The notes under the pieces were generated by a model, which ran no database searches, was not told where the DNA came from, and saw only the letters and a list, made by a program, of their open reading frames with translations. The translations under genes and the position numbers were made by a program. 64,000 nucleotides of DNA, from assembly GCA_026914245.1 (NCBI GenBank), contig CP110439.1, positions 1,922,001 to 1,986,000 of the forward strand, given 5' to 3'. Positions 22,399-34,950 of this stretch are shown piece by piece. Numbering within the stretch: the first letter of the stretch is position 1; the number at the start of each line of letters is the position of its first letter. The DNA comes from Puccinia triticina. Its lineage: Eukaryota.

Positions 22399-23911
22399 TA
22401 GATTCAACTGCTCCACCTTCTTTTTGAAGGCTTGTTGCCAGGCGTAGTAGCATTGCTGCGCCTCAGCAGAGTTGGACAAAATCATCCATCTGCAAGCTTT
22501 ATTTTGGTTGGCAACCATGAGCGGTCCCAGAATGTGGGGCACCCACCACGAGTTTGCTCTGGCTGTCCCTCTCCAAGGGGTTTTGCCTTGTTTCAAGTGG
22601 CAGTTCTGAATTCCCAATGTTAAATGGGAAACCGCTTCATCTATGAATGGGACAGGGTTGGAAGAATGAGGGGGGGGGATGCAATCAACAGCTTGTTTCA
22701 AATCAGCTCTAAATTGAGCTTTGTCAAGTTTCTCTGGCGGGATGCCCCTTTTAGCTTGGGTTTGATGGATTTTCCCATCAAGCAAGATAGAAAGGAGGAT
22801 TGGTTGGTGATCAGAGGCATGCTTGTCAAGAGCAACTCTACATTGCCTCACGCGCTGCCGGCATTGGGTGTTGATCCAACACAAATCTATAGTGGTTTGA
22901 GCCCCTCTTGGGCTCAGGAAAGTAGGTATGCCAGCTGGCGAGGCAAGGAAGAAGCCCTTTGCCCTGCAGAGCTTGATCAAATCCTTGGAGGTTGAGTGTG
23001 TATGATGGTAGTTGGGAGGATTCCAACAAGGGTGATGGAGGTTTGAGTCCATCATAATGATGGAGGGGGTATGGTGGCAGTTGTTCTTGTTTAGCCAATC
23101 TCTTAGTGTGGGAATTGCAGAGAAAGATGATGGAGGGTTATAGAGTGAGAGGAGGTGAAATTGGAGAGGGGTGTTGGTGTGGACCTTTATGGACACCGCC
23201 GTGAGAAGTTTGGAATTGTCCGGTAAGTGGTAGAAATGATGGCTGGGTAGTGATTTACTGATTTATATGCAGCACCTAGGTCTGTTTTCACTGGAGATAG
23301 GTGGGTCAATTGGTGAGATACGGTACCAATTTGGATGAGTGGGTGGGAGAAATTCAATGGGGTTTGTCCAAGGTTCTTGGAGTAAAAGAGCAAGGGAAGA
23401 TGTTTTGCGGCTTGCCTTGAAGGACACTGAGTGTGGAATCTTTTCTGTTACTGCATTTAAGTTGAAGTAGAGAGAAAGAATGGGGGGAATGCTTGGCAGA
23501 ATGTGGGTTAAAAGACCTGGTAAAATTTGAAGGTAGGGAGTGATCTGTCCGGTGAACACTTTCAAGCTGTGCATTTGATGTTGCTCGTCCGCGGCCCCCG
23601 TAGTGATTCGGGGTGTCCGGGGGGTGGGTCTGAGTTCCGCCAGCTCAAGTCGCCGAGGCAACAGGCCGCCGACCGTCGAGCATCGGAAAAGCCGAGCATC
23701 AGCCCACCCCACCCTCCAGCAAGACTCGCATCCCGCCACCTGGGATCTACTCGCCGTCTATCGCTCGTTGCGCTCGCTTAGCCGCTGCCAGCTGTCCCAA
23801 ATCTAATCCATCCTCAGCTCGCCTCGATCCGAGCGCGCTTAACACGGTCGCAATCATCCAAGCTGCCAATCCGACCCACCACCCTGCCCATCGGCCCTCC
23901 TGTTCCAAACC

Positions 23912-24220
23912 ATGAATCCTTCCTTCCCCATCCAACGTCCTGGCGTCGTCAACAGTCCTGCAGCCCCACTCATCACCGATCCCCACCTTGTCAACCCTCC
24001 CCAGCCAGCCCCAAACCAATGGGCGGCACTCAACACCAACCCCGATCTACAGCGCACACTCTGTAAGGCTGCCGCCCAGGGCCAACTCACCCCGGAGCAG
24101 ATGAACTCATTCACTAACTACATGAAGGGCAACCCCAATACTTTCAAGATGTTCCAACTCGAACTTGCAGCTAATCAACAACAGCAAATTGCGCAGCAAC
24201 AACAACAGAAACGACTACAA

Positions 24221-24273
<53 letters not shown>

Positions 24274-26517
24274 GCAGCAGCAGCATTCATCTCCTCCACC
24301 TCAGCATCCTGATCAAGACAAAACCTTCCAGTCGGCCCATCAGATTGGTAAGCTTCGAGGCCTACCCTCACCCGCTCATTTAGTGTTCACTGATAAGTGA
24401 TCTTTCGACGAGTGTTCCAGCTAATGGAAGTAATGGGTACATCTCTAACCCTCTTCCCACATCTCAAGCGCCACTTCCGATTGCTCACTACCAGCAACTG
24501 TCAACCACCTCCCCTCAACCCATCCATCAAAGGTCCACGTCTACAGAGTTCAACCTCCTCAACTCGACTGATCCTCAAATCACTCAAGCCTTACTCCAGA
24601 TCAAACAGGCTCAAGATGTTGTCAAGAACCCCAGTCTCTCCACGGCTGAGCGTGAGGCGGCTATTCAACGTGTCTACGAAATCCGTGAGGTGGTGGCCGC
24701 TCGTTTCCGTCGTGAAAATAATAGCAACAGTCCAAGCCCCCAAAACGCCCAACCTCAACATCCCAGCGAAGCCCAGCGAGCTCCAATGCCAGCAGCCTTC
24801 CAGAGACAACCGCAAATTTTCTCTGGTATGCAGTATTCTGCTCAAGCTAATAATCCTACCATCGCCCGGCCGCTCAACAGTAACCTCTCTGCTGCTACCT
24901 CGAGTCCTCGTCAAAACTTGAACCTCTCTGGTCGGAATAGTCCTGCACCCCACCCCAACAACACTAATCAACCCATGGGACATCCGATCTCCCGACCGGG
25001 ATCCTCTCACCAATCAATCATCGGCGGGCCCGCCTCCTCGCCCCCACCCATGTCTAACGCCGCCAGTCCACCGAACAGCTCTGTCATCGATCTCACAAAG
25101 CGACGTGTAGCCCCCAGGCCAGCCCCTAAGAAAGTCGGCCAATCCATGGGCACACCCGGTTCCAACGCAGGCTCGCCCATGAGTCAGTCCATCAATCTGG
25201 CCACCTCCCCTCATCCTGTACATGCCTCCCTCGCTCCGCTTTCACTCGGCACTCCCCACTCAACTCCTCAAGCCAATGGCCTTCCATCACACCCAAACGG
25301 CTCCAACAACAATACGCATGGCTCACCTCCAGCCGCACAACCTCATGGCTCTCCTGCTCCTCATAAAGACTCGTCTCTCTCTCCCGCCCCTCCTTCGATA
25401 GCCGCCCCAACAACGACTACCACCAAAATTTCGCCCGCAGTACAAGCCAACCAGCCCACTTCCCTCTCTAAACCTGTACCTGCTGCCGTTCCTAGTCTCG
25501 CGTCACAGCAGCACACTGCAATAGCCGCTCAACAACAGCAGCAGCAGCAACAACAACAACAACAACAACAACAACAGCATCATCATCATCACCAACAGCA
25601 CCACCAGCAACAGCAGCAGCAACATCATCATCATCAACAGTCAACCACACAAGCTGCAGCTTCGTCCGCCCCCGGCCCCAGCACTTCGTCCAATCAGACC
25701 CCCCATTCCGCTCCCCGTGAGCCGCCTCAGCCGATCACGCCAGCACCAGTCCCATTTCCCCCACCTAGACCCACGATGACCGGTGGTCACGCGGCTTCGT
25801 CTACCTTGGCAGGCGCGTTGATGCATCGGCCGCCGACCAACGGAATCAGTGAGGCCCTCGGACAGGGTAGTGGAACTCATGAGGCAACGAGAGGCCAAGA
25901 AGCTACTAGCGCTAATCGGATCATCTCTAAACGTAAAATCCAAGAGCTCGTCGAAAGTATCGATCCGTCGGAACGACTAGAATCTGAGGTCGAGGACGTT
26001 CGTCCCCCCTTTTTCTAAACCGCTTTCTCTATGTATCCCCTTCGTTATTCATCACTCAGCTGATTCCTCATCACGTTTCTCTCCCCACTCTCTCACCCGA
26101 TCGGGCGCTGGATGTTTGCAGTTGTTGCTGGAATTAGCGGACGAGTTTATCGACTCCGTCACCCGCTTCTCTTGCCAGTTGGCCAAACATCGCAAATCAG
26201 ACCGGCTGGAAACGAAAGATATTCAGTTACATCTTGGTACGATCTATTCATTTATCCATAACAATCTAACTACGACCCTCTTGGAGATTTGAGTCATGCG
26301 GCTTCCATCCCGAGCTTTTCCCCTGCCACGTCAATGAAACTGACTTCTTGTTTGTACGGGGAGCACAGAACGGTCGTGGAACATCAGGATTCCAGGGTTC
26401 GCAAACGACGAGATCCGGCAGAGTCAATCTCGCCGCATCAACGCGTTGCCAAGCTACCAATCCCGCGTGGCGATCGTCCGAGAAGCGATCCGCAAACGTC
26501 GGTCCACCAACACTTGA
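23912..26517 (+). CDS. TAF12: TFIID/SAGA subunit TAF12 with long Gln/Pro-rich N-terminus
   Basis: Histone-fold region [74 protein letters not shown]. Exons ~23912-24347, ~24398-24429 (uncertain), 24495-25997, 26122-26236, 26369-26517. Confidence 0.93.
24217..24285 (+). repeat. CAA/CAG trinucleotide repeat (polyQ) in TAF12
   Basis: Run of caa/cag codons. A second Q/H tract lies at ~25530-25640. Confidence 0.9.
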
Positions 26518-27538
26518 AAGAAGAAAAAAAAAAACGCGCGCACACTAGATCTTGTCCACACTCCTCTACCTCCTCAGACAGACACAAACAGATATATGCA
26601 CTGCCGATGATCCCTTTCGAAACTATATTAAGCAGTCTTGATAGTGTTGTGTCTGCCTTGGACATTCCTAGATACGTACCGGCCTCCCGCCGCCACATTA
26701 CAATCTCCATACATAAATGAAAAAAAAACTTCCGCCCTCACTGATGATTGCTATTGTGCACATCACATCGTGATCGCCGGGGTCCTTCTCGGACCTCCAC
26801 ACAAAGCTTGTCTGGCTGCGAGCTTTTACTATTTTTGTCGACGGGAGTATTTTTAACACTTAGTTGTTGTGCCCGTGTCCCTCGTCCCTCGTCGCTCAGT
26901 CGTGTCTTTTCTCCTCACCTTAGCCACTTTTGCCCACACAGCTCTTTGGCTGATTCATGATACATACAGCCTTTTTTGTGATATATATTGTACTCTTTGG
27001 TGTTCTTTTTTGTGTTAAGGAACTCTTTTTTGATTCAGATGTGTTTGTGGGTGTTTGGCCACAAGTTTTACCAGGTTTTACCTCTGTGGCTTTCTTCTCT
27101 TCTTGTGGCGGTTTCCCTTGCGTGTTTCTGTGGGTGAGCCGGCATATCACGAGAAAGAGTACCAAAACCCTACAGCTAATCTAGCCACGGATGCGGATGC
27201 TCTTAAGACAGTAGATAGATCAGAAATGTATTTACAAAACAAAACAAGAAATATGATAAATTTACACCAACACCAGAAATGGCTTTCACTGTTTTTACTC
27301 TGCCTGAAGCCTCTCCGTGGTGACGCGGGGTCCCCCGGACCCACCGGTCGAGGGGCTTTGTGCCTATGTACCGCCCTAGCGGAAGTTCGAAACCCTACAG
27401 ACAACGAAACGAGACTTAACGATTGGGAGGCGAAGGGAAGACACCACAGAACTTTAGGAAGTGAGTCTTCTATTGCGAAGCTTCATCAAGAAAAGCGCTT
27501 GCTTAGCATGGGCGATAACTATACATAACAGGACGACG

Positions 27539-28189
27539 ATGAATGCCGTGGGCACGATGCTCCAAATCCGACGATTCACGAGTGGACTGAATCTAGGGAT
27601 GCCTCTACAACCAGCCAAGCAGCGGAAAACGGTCCCGATCCGGAACCCACGACGGCCGCATCTTCCGGACCCGATAGACAGCGATCCTACGGCCCAGCGA
27701 TTCAAGCTGGCCGAGCATCCCCGGGTGATGTTCGTGATCCGGGAGCCCGGTGGGATGGCCAACTTGGCGGACGATCTAATCAGCAAGTCTCCATCTCCTC
27801 CAATCGAGCCCAAAAACACTGCCGATGATCCAGTTTCCTCGACTCTCTCACACCCGATCCTCTCCGTACCTTCGTCGAACGACGCCTCGACACCGCCGGT
27901 CTTCCAGCTCCCTCCGCCTCTCCGGGCGCCCAAGACCTACTCCACCTCGCTCACCCCCGCCCAAGCGCGCGAGATCCAGAGCCTCAGAGCCTCCCATTCG
28001 CTCTCCCAACTCAGCCGCAAATTCAACGTCCCCCGCCTCCTCGTCTCGATCCTCGGCCCCACCAATACTGCCGACCGCAACCAGATCTATCTCAAGAATC
28101 ATATGCGTCAGATCCGGAAAGAGGCTCGTTGGAGCGTCGCTAAGGCCGTCAGAAGACAGGAAAAAATCATCCGTAGAAGTTGCTGGTGA
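27539..28189 (+). CDS. MRPL20: Mitochondrial ribosomal protein L20 (mL58) family
   Basis: Intronless ORF with a presequence-like start (MLQIRRF) and motif LPPPLR..KTY...LTPAQAREIQSLR...SLSQLSRKFNV.RLLVSI, followed by a basic C-terminus. Confidence 0.75.
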   Translation: MNAVGTMLQIRRFTSGLNLGMPLQPAKQRKTVPIRNPRRPHLPDPIDSDPTAQRFKLAEHPRVMFVIREPGGMANLADDLISKSPSPPIEPKNTADDPVSSTLSHPILSVPSSNDASTPPVFQLPPPLRAPKTYSTSLTPAQAREIQSLRASHSLSQLSRKFNVPRLLVSILGPTNTADRNQIYLKNHMRQIRKEARWSVAKAVRRQEKIIRRSCW

Positions 28190-28637
28190 TCATCCCCCGC
28201 ACTACCTCATCAATTACTCCTATTTTTTTATGCATAAACCTCGTCCTCTTTCTCTCTCTCCCCTCCCTTTTTCAAAACCATTCTTCCCTCTCGTTATACA
28301 CTCGCCTGCCTATACAAATTTGTGCATTGTTTTCACCCCCCCCAAAAAAAGAGCTGGCAAGCTCCAAACGTTAGAAGATACCTTTCCGAGCCAAAATTTA
28401 TGCCTAGAAGAGAATCAACATGGAGACCACCAAAAAAAGACGACAAAGACAAGAAAAAACTCAAAGATAGGCTGCCACAGCACTGAGGTGCACCAGGAGC
28501 AGTCATGCCCTTCGGTGCATACCTCGGGGCATACGGGGTTTGGGGTTCGGCTCCACATATGTACCCCCGGGCCTCATACCCCGGCCCGAGCCCCCGAAGT
28601 CTGGACGACCCTCCTATGTAACACGCAAGGATAGGAG

Positions 28638-30968
28638 ATGGTCATCATCATCAGGAAGCCGGTCGATCTTACCTCGATGCCCATCGGAATGGCAAGGATC
28701 ATTCAGACGGCACTCAGGATACAAGCCAGCCCAGGGTCTCGCCGCCTCTTCAGCGCATCTACCAAGCCTGATGATAAGTCGAACTCAAGTACTGAGCCTG
28801 ATGAGAAATCCAAATCAAGTACTGAGGTTGGCGTTTTGTATGATGTGTGTCCTCTGTTCAGCAGCTTAATGGCTACTTCCTCATTCATTCCGTAACAGGA
28901 TCGGATAAGTCCTCTTCGAGCCTCTCGCGTCCCTTCTTCCCGTCTGGGCAGATTATTTCACTACGGAGGTCGGTTTTTTTGGAAGTTTATATACCCGTAT
29001 CCATTCCTAATGTCGCACGGCATTGTCTAACTCTCGAGATTCTTCCACAGGACTGGCCGCAGGAATCGGTTGGGGGACGGCATCGGAAGCTCTGAGACGG
29101 ACGGCCACTGGCCACCAGAATGATTCGCATCCGCTGGCTCTGTCGGAAGCTAACGTCCGGCGCCTCGTCGACAAACTAACCAAGATGCGAGGCGCTGCTC
29201 TCAAGCTCGGCCAGTTCTTGGCCATCCAAGGTTGTTCTTCGAAATCCCTTCTCTCCGTCATGGTACTTGTCCATACTCTCTCAATTTGTTACTTACTTGT
29301 TCCACCTTGTTGCCAAGTATACAGACGCCAAGATCTTGCCGCCCCAGATCGAGGAAGTCCTTGTGAAGGTCCAGTGTACCGCAGACTACATGCCGTTTGA
29401 CCAAGCAGGGGTGAGCAGTGATCCAGCATTTCAGCTTCAACGGATACGTGTTAAACTCTTTTGAGGTACTAATTCCGAAAACACAGACTGTTCTGACCCA
29501 AGCTCTAGGAAATGACTGGCTGCAAAAGTTCGATAGCTTTAATGAAGTTCCATTCGCCGCAGCTTCGATCGGTCAAGTACACGCCGCCCGCGTTGCCGAT
29601 GGTGAGAAAGGGTTTATCAAAGCTGCGGTGAAAGTGCAATTTCCGGGAGTTTACGAGTCGATCCAGAGTGATTTGTCCTATCTCAGCGTGCTTGCTAGCA
29701 CCACTTCGATCCTACCCAAAGGGCTATTCTTGTCCAAGTCGATCGAGGTGCTCGGTCAGGAGCTCAAAGATGAGTGTGATTATACCCGGGAGGCTCGTTA
29801 TGGGAAACGGATGGGCGAATACTTGAAGGACGATCCCAGGTTCACGGTGCCTAGAGTCTTCGATCACTTGAGTACTAAAATGGTCTTGACGACTGAGTTC
29901 ATGTCAGGCACCTCCTTGAGACAAGCCGCTAAATGGTCACAAGCTTTGCGAAATAAAGTAATCTCACCTCGACTGCTGTGGCTCTCTAAACGCTCTTTCA
30001 TCCACATTTTACATTCGCCGGCTAACCTACCAGGAGCGCGTCTTACTCTTTCATCGCGGGATCCCCTTCTAGATCGGTCACGATGTCCTCGAACTCTGTT
30101 TTAGGGAAATCTTACACTTCCGTCTCATGCAAACCGATCCTAACTGGAGCAACTTCCTCTGGAATGAAGACACACAGCAAGTCAGTTGATCACTTTTGCT
30201 TTCTATTCTCGGGTTGGAAGAACAAACTAAAAATCGTCATAGAAAACGTCGGGAGGATGAGAGGTGACCGGCTGACTGACTTGTCTTTGTTTGATTGGAC
30301 GCGACGCCACTCCCTTGCGTGTCGTCAAAACAGATCGAATTGATCGACTTTGGAGCCACACGAGAATATAGTGAAAAGTTCATAGATGCGTATCTAAAGC
30401 TGCTCAAAGCTGGAATCGATGGTAGTCGTGCGGACTGCATAGAGGCCTCTATTGAGCTGGGATATCTGACTGGCAATGAATGCGAGGTGGGTACTTTTGC
30501 CCATAAACGGTCAATCCAAGCATTGGACATTGCTCCCGTGGATGTTGGATTGAGTAACCCCACAATTGTTTCGTCAAGTTCGAGTTTAAGACCAACTAGC
30601 TGACTTGCCCTGTGATTAAAATCACGTGGATGACATGAACGCGCTCGCAGACAATGCTAGATGCACAGTACAAGTCCGTGAAAGCCCTTGGAGAACCGTT
30701 TCGGGCGACAAGCCAACAGCCGTACGATTTCGCCCAACAAACGGTCACCGACCGAGTCCGGGCCGAAATCCCGACGATCGTCCGGTTGCGATTGACGCCA
30801 CCCCCGATCGAGACGTACAGCTTGAATCGCAAGCTTAGTGGGATGTTCTTGCTTTGTAATCGTCTAGGCTCCAAGATTGACTGCCATACGATTCTCGACA
30901 ACCTGATGCGTGAAAAATCGGCCGGCTCCTGGGGCCGTCATCTTTCCGATGCTCCCACCGCATCTTGA
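28638..30968 (+). CDS. COQ8: ABC1/UbiB atypical kinase COQ8
   Basis: Spliced motifs RVPSSRLGRLFHYG|GLAAG, KMRGAALKLGQFLAIQ (KxGQ), PFAAASIGQVH, VKVQFPGV, MQTDPNWSNFL, LIDFGATR, RLTPPPIETYSLNRKLSG. Start codon choice (28638, 28677 or 28689) uncertain. Confidence 0.95.
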
Positions 30969-32613
30969 GTTTCTTTTTCCTCTTTTCTTGATCCATAGTT
31001 TGCTATAACCTTTTACCCTTGATAATCAGAACTGCATGCGTTTCTGGCTATTGTGGAACGTGTTCCTTGTATCACTTGGATATATAATGTCTATAAGCTG
31101 CTAAAGCATTCGATAGCATCATGCCTCTAATTAGCCTTTTTTTGTCTTGCATATTCACAAAACGATAACATGTACTAAATAGTGTTGAGCATGTGAAAAG
31201 AAAGGTTGTGTAGTGCAGGACTTGCCTCAGCATTCATGAGTGGGTGCAGAGCAAAGATAGCCCGACTAACGTGGTTTAACTTTATGCCTATCCCATCAGC
31301 CATACACAATGGTATTGTGTTTTGCTTATTGGTTGGACAACAAGAGGACTTCCTATGACTTCCCGTAGCCTAATTGGCTAGGTTTAGTATGAGGCACTAA
31401 ACCTTGTTTGCTGGTGAAAACTCAATCTCAGTCAATTTTCACCAGCCAGTAAGGTTTAACCTTGCCCCCTAGATCTAGCTTTTCAACCCACGGGAAGTCA
31501 TCCAGTTATGTGGTTGTTGGACGCAGCCCCAGTTTAATCTCCCCCATTCTGCCATACACAGGCCGGTGGCAACAGCCTTCCTGGCTGCCTGAGTCAGCCT
31601 GTGCCTCAGTGAAAATGATCATGATGATCTTAATTTCACAATGCAAGGCAAAAAACAATCAGGGAATGCCACAATTTGTGCACAACAACAGGACCAAAAC
31701 ACAATAAGTAGGTACACATTATGGCCTCCAGATATGGCTTGGAGGGCCAAGTCCGGATTTAGAAGGCAAAAAACTGTAGAACTGTGAGCCCTTATATACC
31801 ATAGGTCTGAAATATCGGAAAATGTGGTCGCCTTGTAGTTTGGCACAGGGCCGGAGATCATTAGGCCTACATGGCCGCTTATCTTAGCGTACCAAATACT
31901 ACTTGTATTATTTCTATCGTTTCTTTTCACATTTCTTTTCCTTTTTTTCATGTTGGCCTCCGGTCGTACCTCCGGTGGTAGTGTTTTTCCCGCGGGGTTT
32001 TCCTCAAGAAAAACGGTTTACTTGCCGCCCCTACCGCTAAAATGTAGCGGTTTGGCACTACATACATGGCGGCTTAGACGCTTGACAGCCTTTTTTCATC
32101 AGGAATACCAAAGATCTGCAGCATCTGTGCGATCTGGCCGCTACTGTGCAGTGCAGCGCAGCGAGCCCAAAAACAGCTGCGCTAAACGCTACGTTTTTTG
32201 CAGCGTAGCTGTTACGCCCTTGTTTGTGCCTACAAAAAGAAAGCTGTAGCAATTTTATCAAAATTTATGTATGTAAACTACTTGTTTAATTGAACACAGG
32301 GTGCCAGAGCACTTCTACCATTGTGAGATGAACAGTTACATGTTGATGGTTTGTTCAATTTTGAGTAAAATTAGACAGCTTCCCCCAACGCGTGTTTCAA
32401 AGCTCGGACATAGAACTTGGGGGGTAGACCTTTGGGGCAACCATGTTGGCGCACTCGAAATCTGGAATACCAAACCACCGGTGTTTTTCACGGTTGATGT
32501 AATCAAAGCAGGAGTTTGTCTCAGTCAAGTGGCCAATGAATCTGATAAATACCTATCTTGAAGCCTTATGCGTGTAGTAGGTATTGGAAAAGAAAAAAAA
32601 AAAGAAAATCTAC

Positions 32614-33407
32614 TCAACGAATTATTGGAGCGGCGGATTGGAAATGAATCACGGTGTCCTTTGGTTGAGCCAAATCCAAAAGTAGGAGTGTTAGATGTTC
32701 TGCTTCGTCTATCATGGAAAGAAACAATCCATAAAATAACGCGCACCTTGTAGAGTTGCCTTTCATAAACGACCAGGTCTAAAGTGTTGGACCAAATGTT
32801 TTTTATATCAGTCTCCCAACGAGCACCATACTATATAGAGTGTAATTATATACTAACGGAAATCGCCACATGCTCCAGGAGGAGGGACAAAATTGGCCCA
32901 AATAGGTTGGCTACTGCCACTGTCATGGGGTCTCAAACCGTAAGAGAGCTTTGTGTAAGATAGAAACATCAAAAGTCCATTATTAGAAAAAAGATAGATC
33001 ATACATCCAAAAGTTCAAGAAAATCGACCACTCACATGAATCACCGAAGGGCTGCTGAGGTTGATAGATTTTGTTTGGATTCGATTAGAAGCTGGTACTA
33101 AATGAAGATCGATCGTACAAGTTCTGGCGCCAACATCATTCGTCCCATCCGAAACGCCCTTATAAATCACTTCTACGTTCCCCACGTTCCCCACATGATT
33201 CTTGAAAACGGCGCCACCTTTCGGTTGAATTAGAATGCCGCTAGGCCCTGCTGTATTGGCGATCGAAGCAAAAGTCTGTACTGGTGAGCTTGGTTCCTGA
33301 TAACCGTCTGGGCTTGAGTGGTTCGCCATCGAGGGCGTGTCATTCTCAAGGCAAGATGCAGAAAGCACATGCGATAGACTGAGTAAGAATATTATAACGG
33401 TGCGCAT
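32614..33407 (-). CDS. Small secreted protein (candidate effector), paralog 1
   Basis: Signal-like MRTVIIFLLSLSHVLSA. Exons give GILIQPKGGAVF...GNVEVIY...TIDLHLVP|LSYGLR...WANFVPPPGACGDF|LVVYERQLYK|DTVIHFQSAAP. The 3' end may extend by another exon. Confidence 0.75.
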
Positions 33408-34072
33408 GGCGTGATTCAATTTTTGGTCGAGGTGGAAGCGTGGGGTCGGGTTTGGTATCTTTTTCTCAAGCAGTTATTTAAGGCCGAGAGAGTCGAAACT
33501 GTTGAAAAGGACCGCTCGAAGCAAAAAAAACTGCTAGATGTTATTGAGCAGCGGGTGTTTGTGGGTGACCAGACAAATCATTCGCCATTCGCTGCTTCGA
33601 TTGTGAGGAGAGCAAATCTTTCGGAATGTTTGGATCGCCTATTTGTTTTTGAAAGTAGGAAATCCAACTCACTTGTTTTGCTTTGCTTTGCCCAAACCAG
33701 AGGGGTTAGACAGCATCAATCTGTATGTAAATACGTTGCAGAGACTCGGATGACGGAAACTTGCGATGAATGTTTCCGTTTAGGGGCTGAGGCCATTCAT
33801 GAACAGGTAGTATTTATCCGGTGGATGAACTTGTGATTTATCGGGCTGAAAGTCCATGAAATCTACGCTCCTTGGCCAGCAGGTTATCGACCAGTGTTGA
33901 CAGAAGTTCCCGTGAACCAAAAGAAGTTCGCAGAATACAAACAGCGACCTCTGAACAAATTGACAGCTGACCATAAGTGGCTCCACGAGTTGTGTCTTGC
34001 TACTGCCATTGTCAACCAAACTCGCATTCTTAATATTCAGAACGCATTAGACTCCGCCATATCATCATAAAG

Positions 34073-34950
34073 ATGTATTTTTGGTCACTCCCCTGTTTCC
34101 TATCAGCCTTGCTTTTCAGTGCGCTTCCGTCTAGAGGACAGCCAACCGAATTAGTACAGAGAAACATCAATGCAAATGCCTCTCACCATCGATTTAGTCA
34201 ATTGAACCTGGCAGGAACGCTGCTCATGCCCTCTGAGGGAGCCCAATACGTCAATCAAGGTGGTGCGATGGGCGATATTCAACTTGTTTACAACTGTCCA
34301 ACAACTTTTCCTCAAAGCAATATCGGCGAGAGAACCCTGGTCAGTCTCAACGAACTTGAGGGGTATCAATGGCGATCTAGAGAGCTAGCACATGCCTAAC
34401 CTTATTTCACTTTTTGCAATGAACGACATGGCCCCCGGAAGGCCATCGATGTAGTTTTAGTACCAAGGAGAGAGGAGGGATTCAACCCTGGACCTTCGCG
34501 AGTAATTGTAAGTCGACCCGAGATACATTCTAGTCGGCTGGCGGTATCTTCGCACCTGAAGGAATCTTTGATTAGCTGATGTATTGGTCTTGCCCCCACG
34601 ATTTGAACGTTTATAAAATGTTCAGCTAGCACGGGGTCTCAGAGCGAGAAATGGCCTCAGCGGTGAAAAAATTCAAGTCAATTTCGTACCACCCATCTCC
34701 ACTTGTGGTGATTATCGTAAGTCAATTGAAACTGATACAAGTCTCTCCGGGATTCTTCTCGACCATGAAGCTATCAAGTTCGAAGCTGATTGAGCTATCT
34801 TCCTTCACAGGCATGATAGTCACAGAAAGCCAAATCTTTCAGGTATGAATCTACACGAATCACCTTATTTATGTCTCAATGTGCTCATTTCTTCTGGATC
34901 ATGGCAGAATGCGGTCGTCCAATTTTCAGCCGGGGCTCCAGCCGTTTGTA
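34073..34950 (+). CDS. Small secreted protein (candidate effector), paralog 2
   Basis: Signal-like MYFWSLPCFLSALLFSALPSRG. Exons give GTLLMPSEGAQY...GDIQLVY|AIDVVLVP|LARGLR...QVNFVPPISTCGDY|MIVTESQIFQ|NAVVQFSAGAP. Terminal exon not resolved. Confidence 0.75.

Larger units (their letters stand above)
18700..23460 (-). mobile_element. Decayed, 5'-truncated Tad1-like LINE ORF2 (APE endonuclease, RT, RNase H, Cys/His finger)
   Basis: LLQEPW, LYNPP, MDSNLHHP.W, TIDLCW, SDHQPI (APE). FLDVK.AY, GL.QGSPLS..LY.LY, GYVDD, WLGIILD..LTF (RT). IFTDGSW, FEADL.GI, ADTLAKAA (RNase H). C..C...E...HFL..C. Many frameshifts and stops. Confidence 0.93.

Noticed and set aside
27825..28634. 269-aa ORF overlapping MRPL20
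   Set aside because: It is an alternative frame of a GC-rich gene running into UTR-like sequence, with no recognisable motif.
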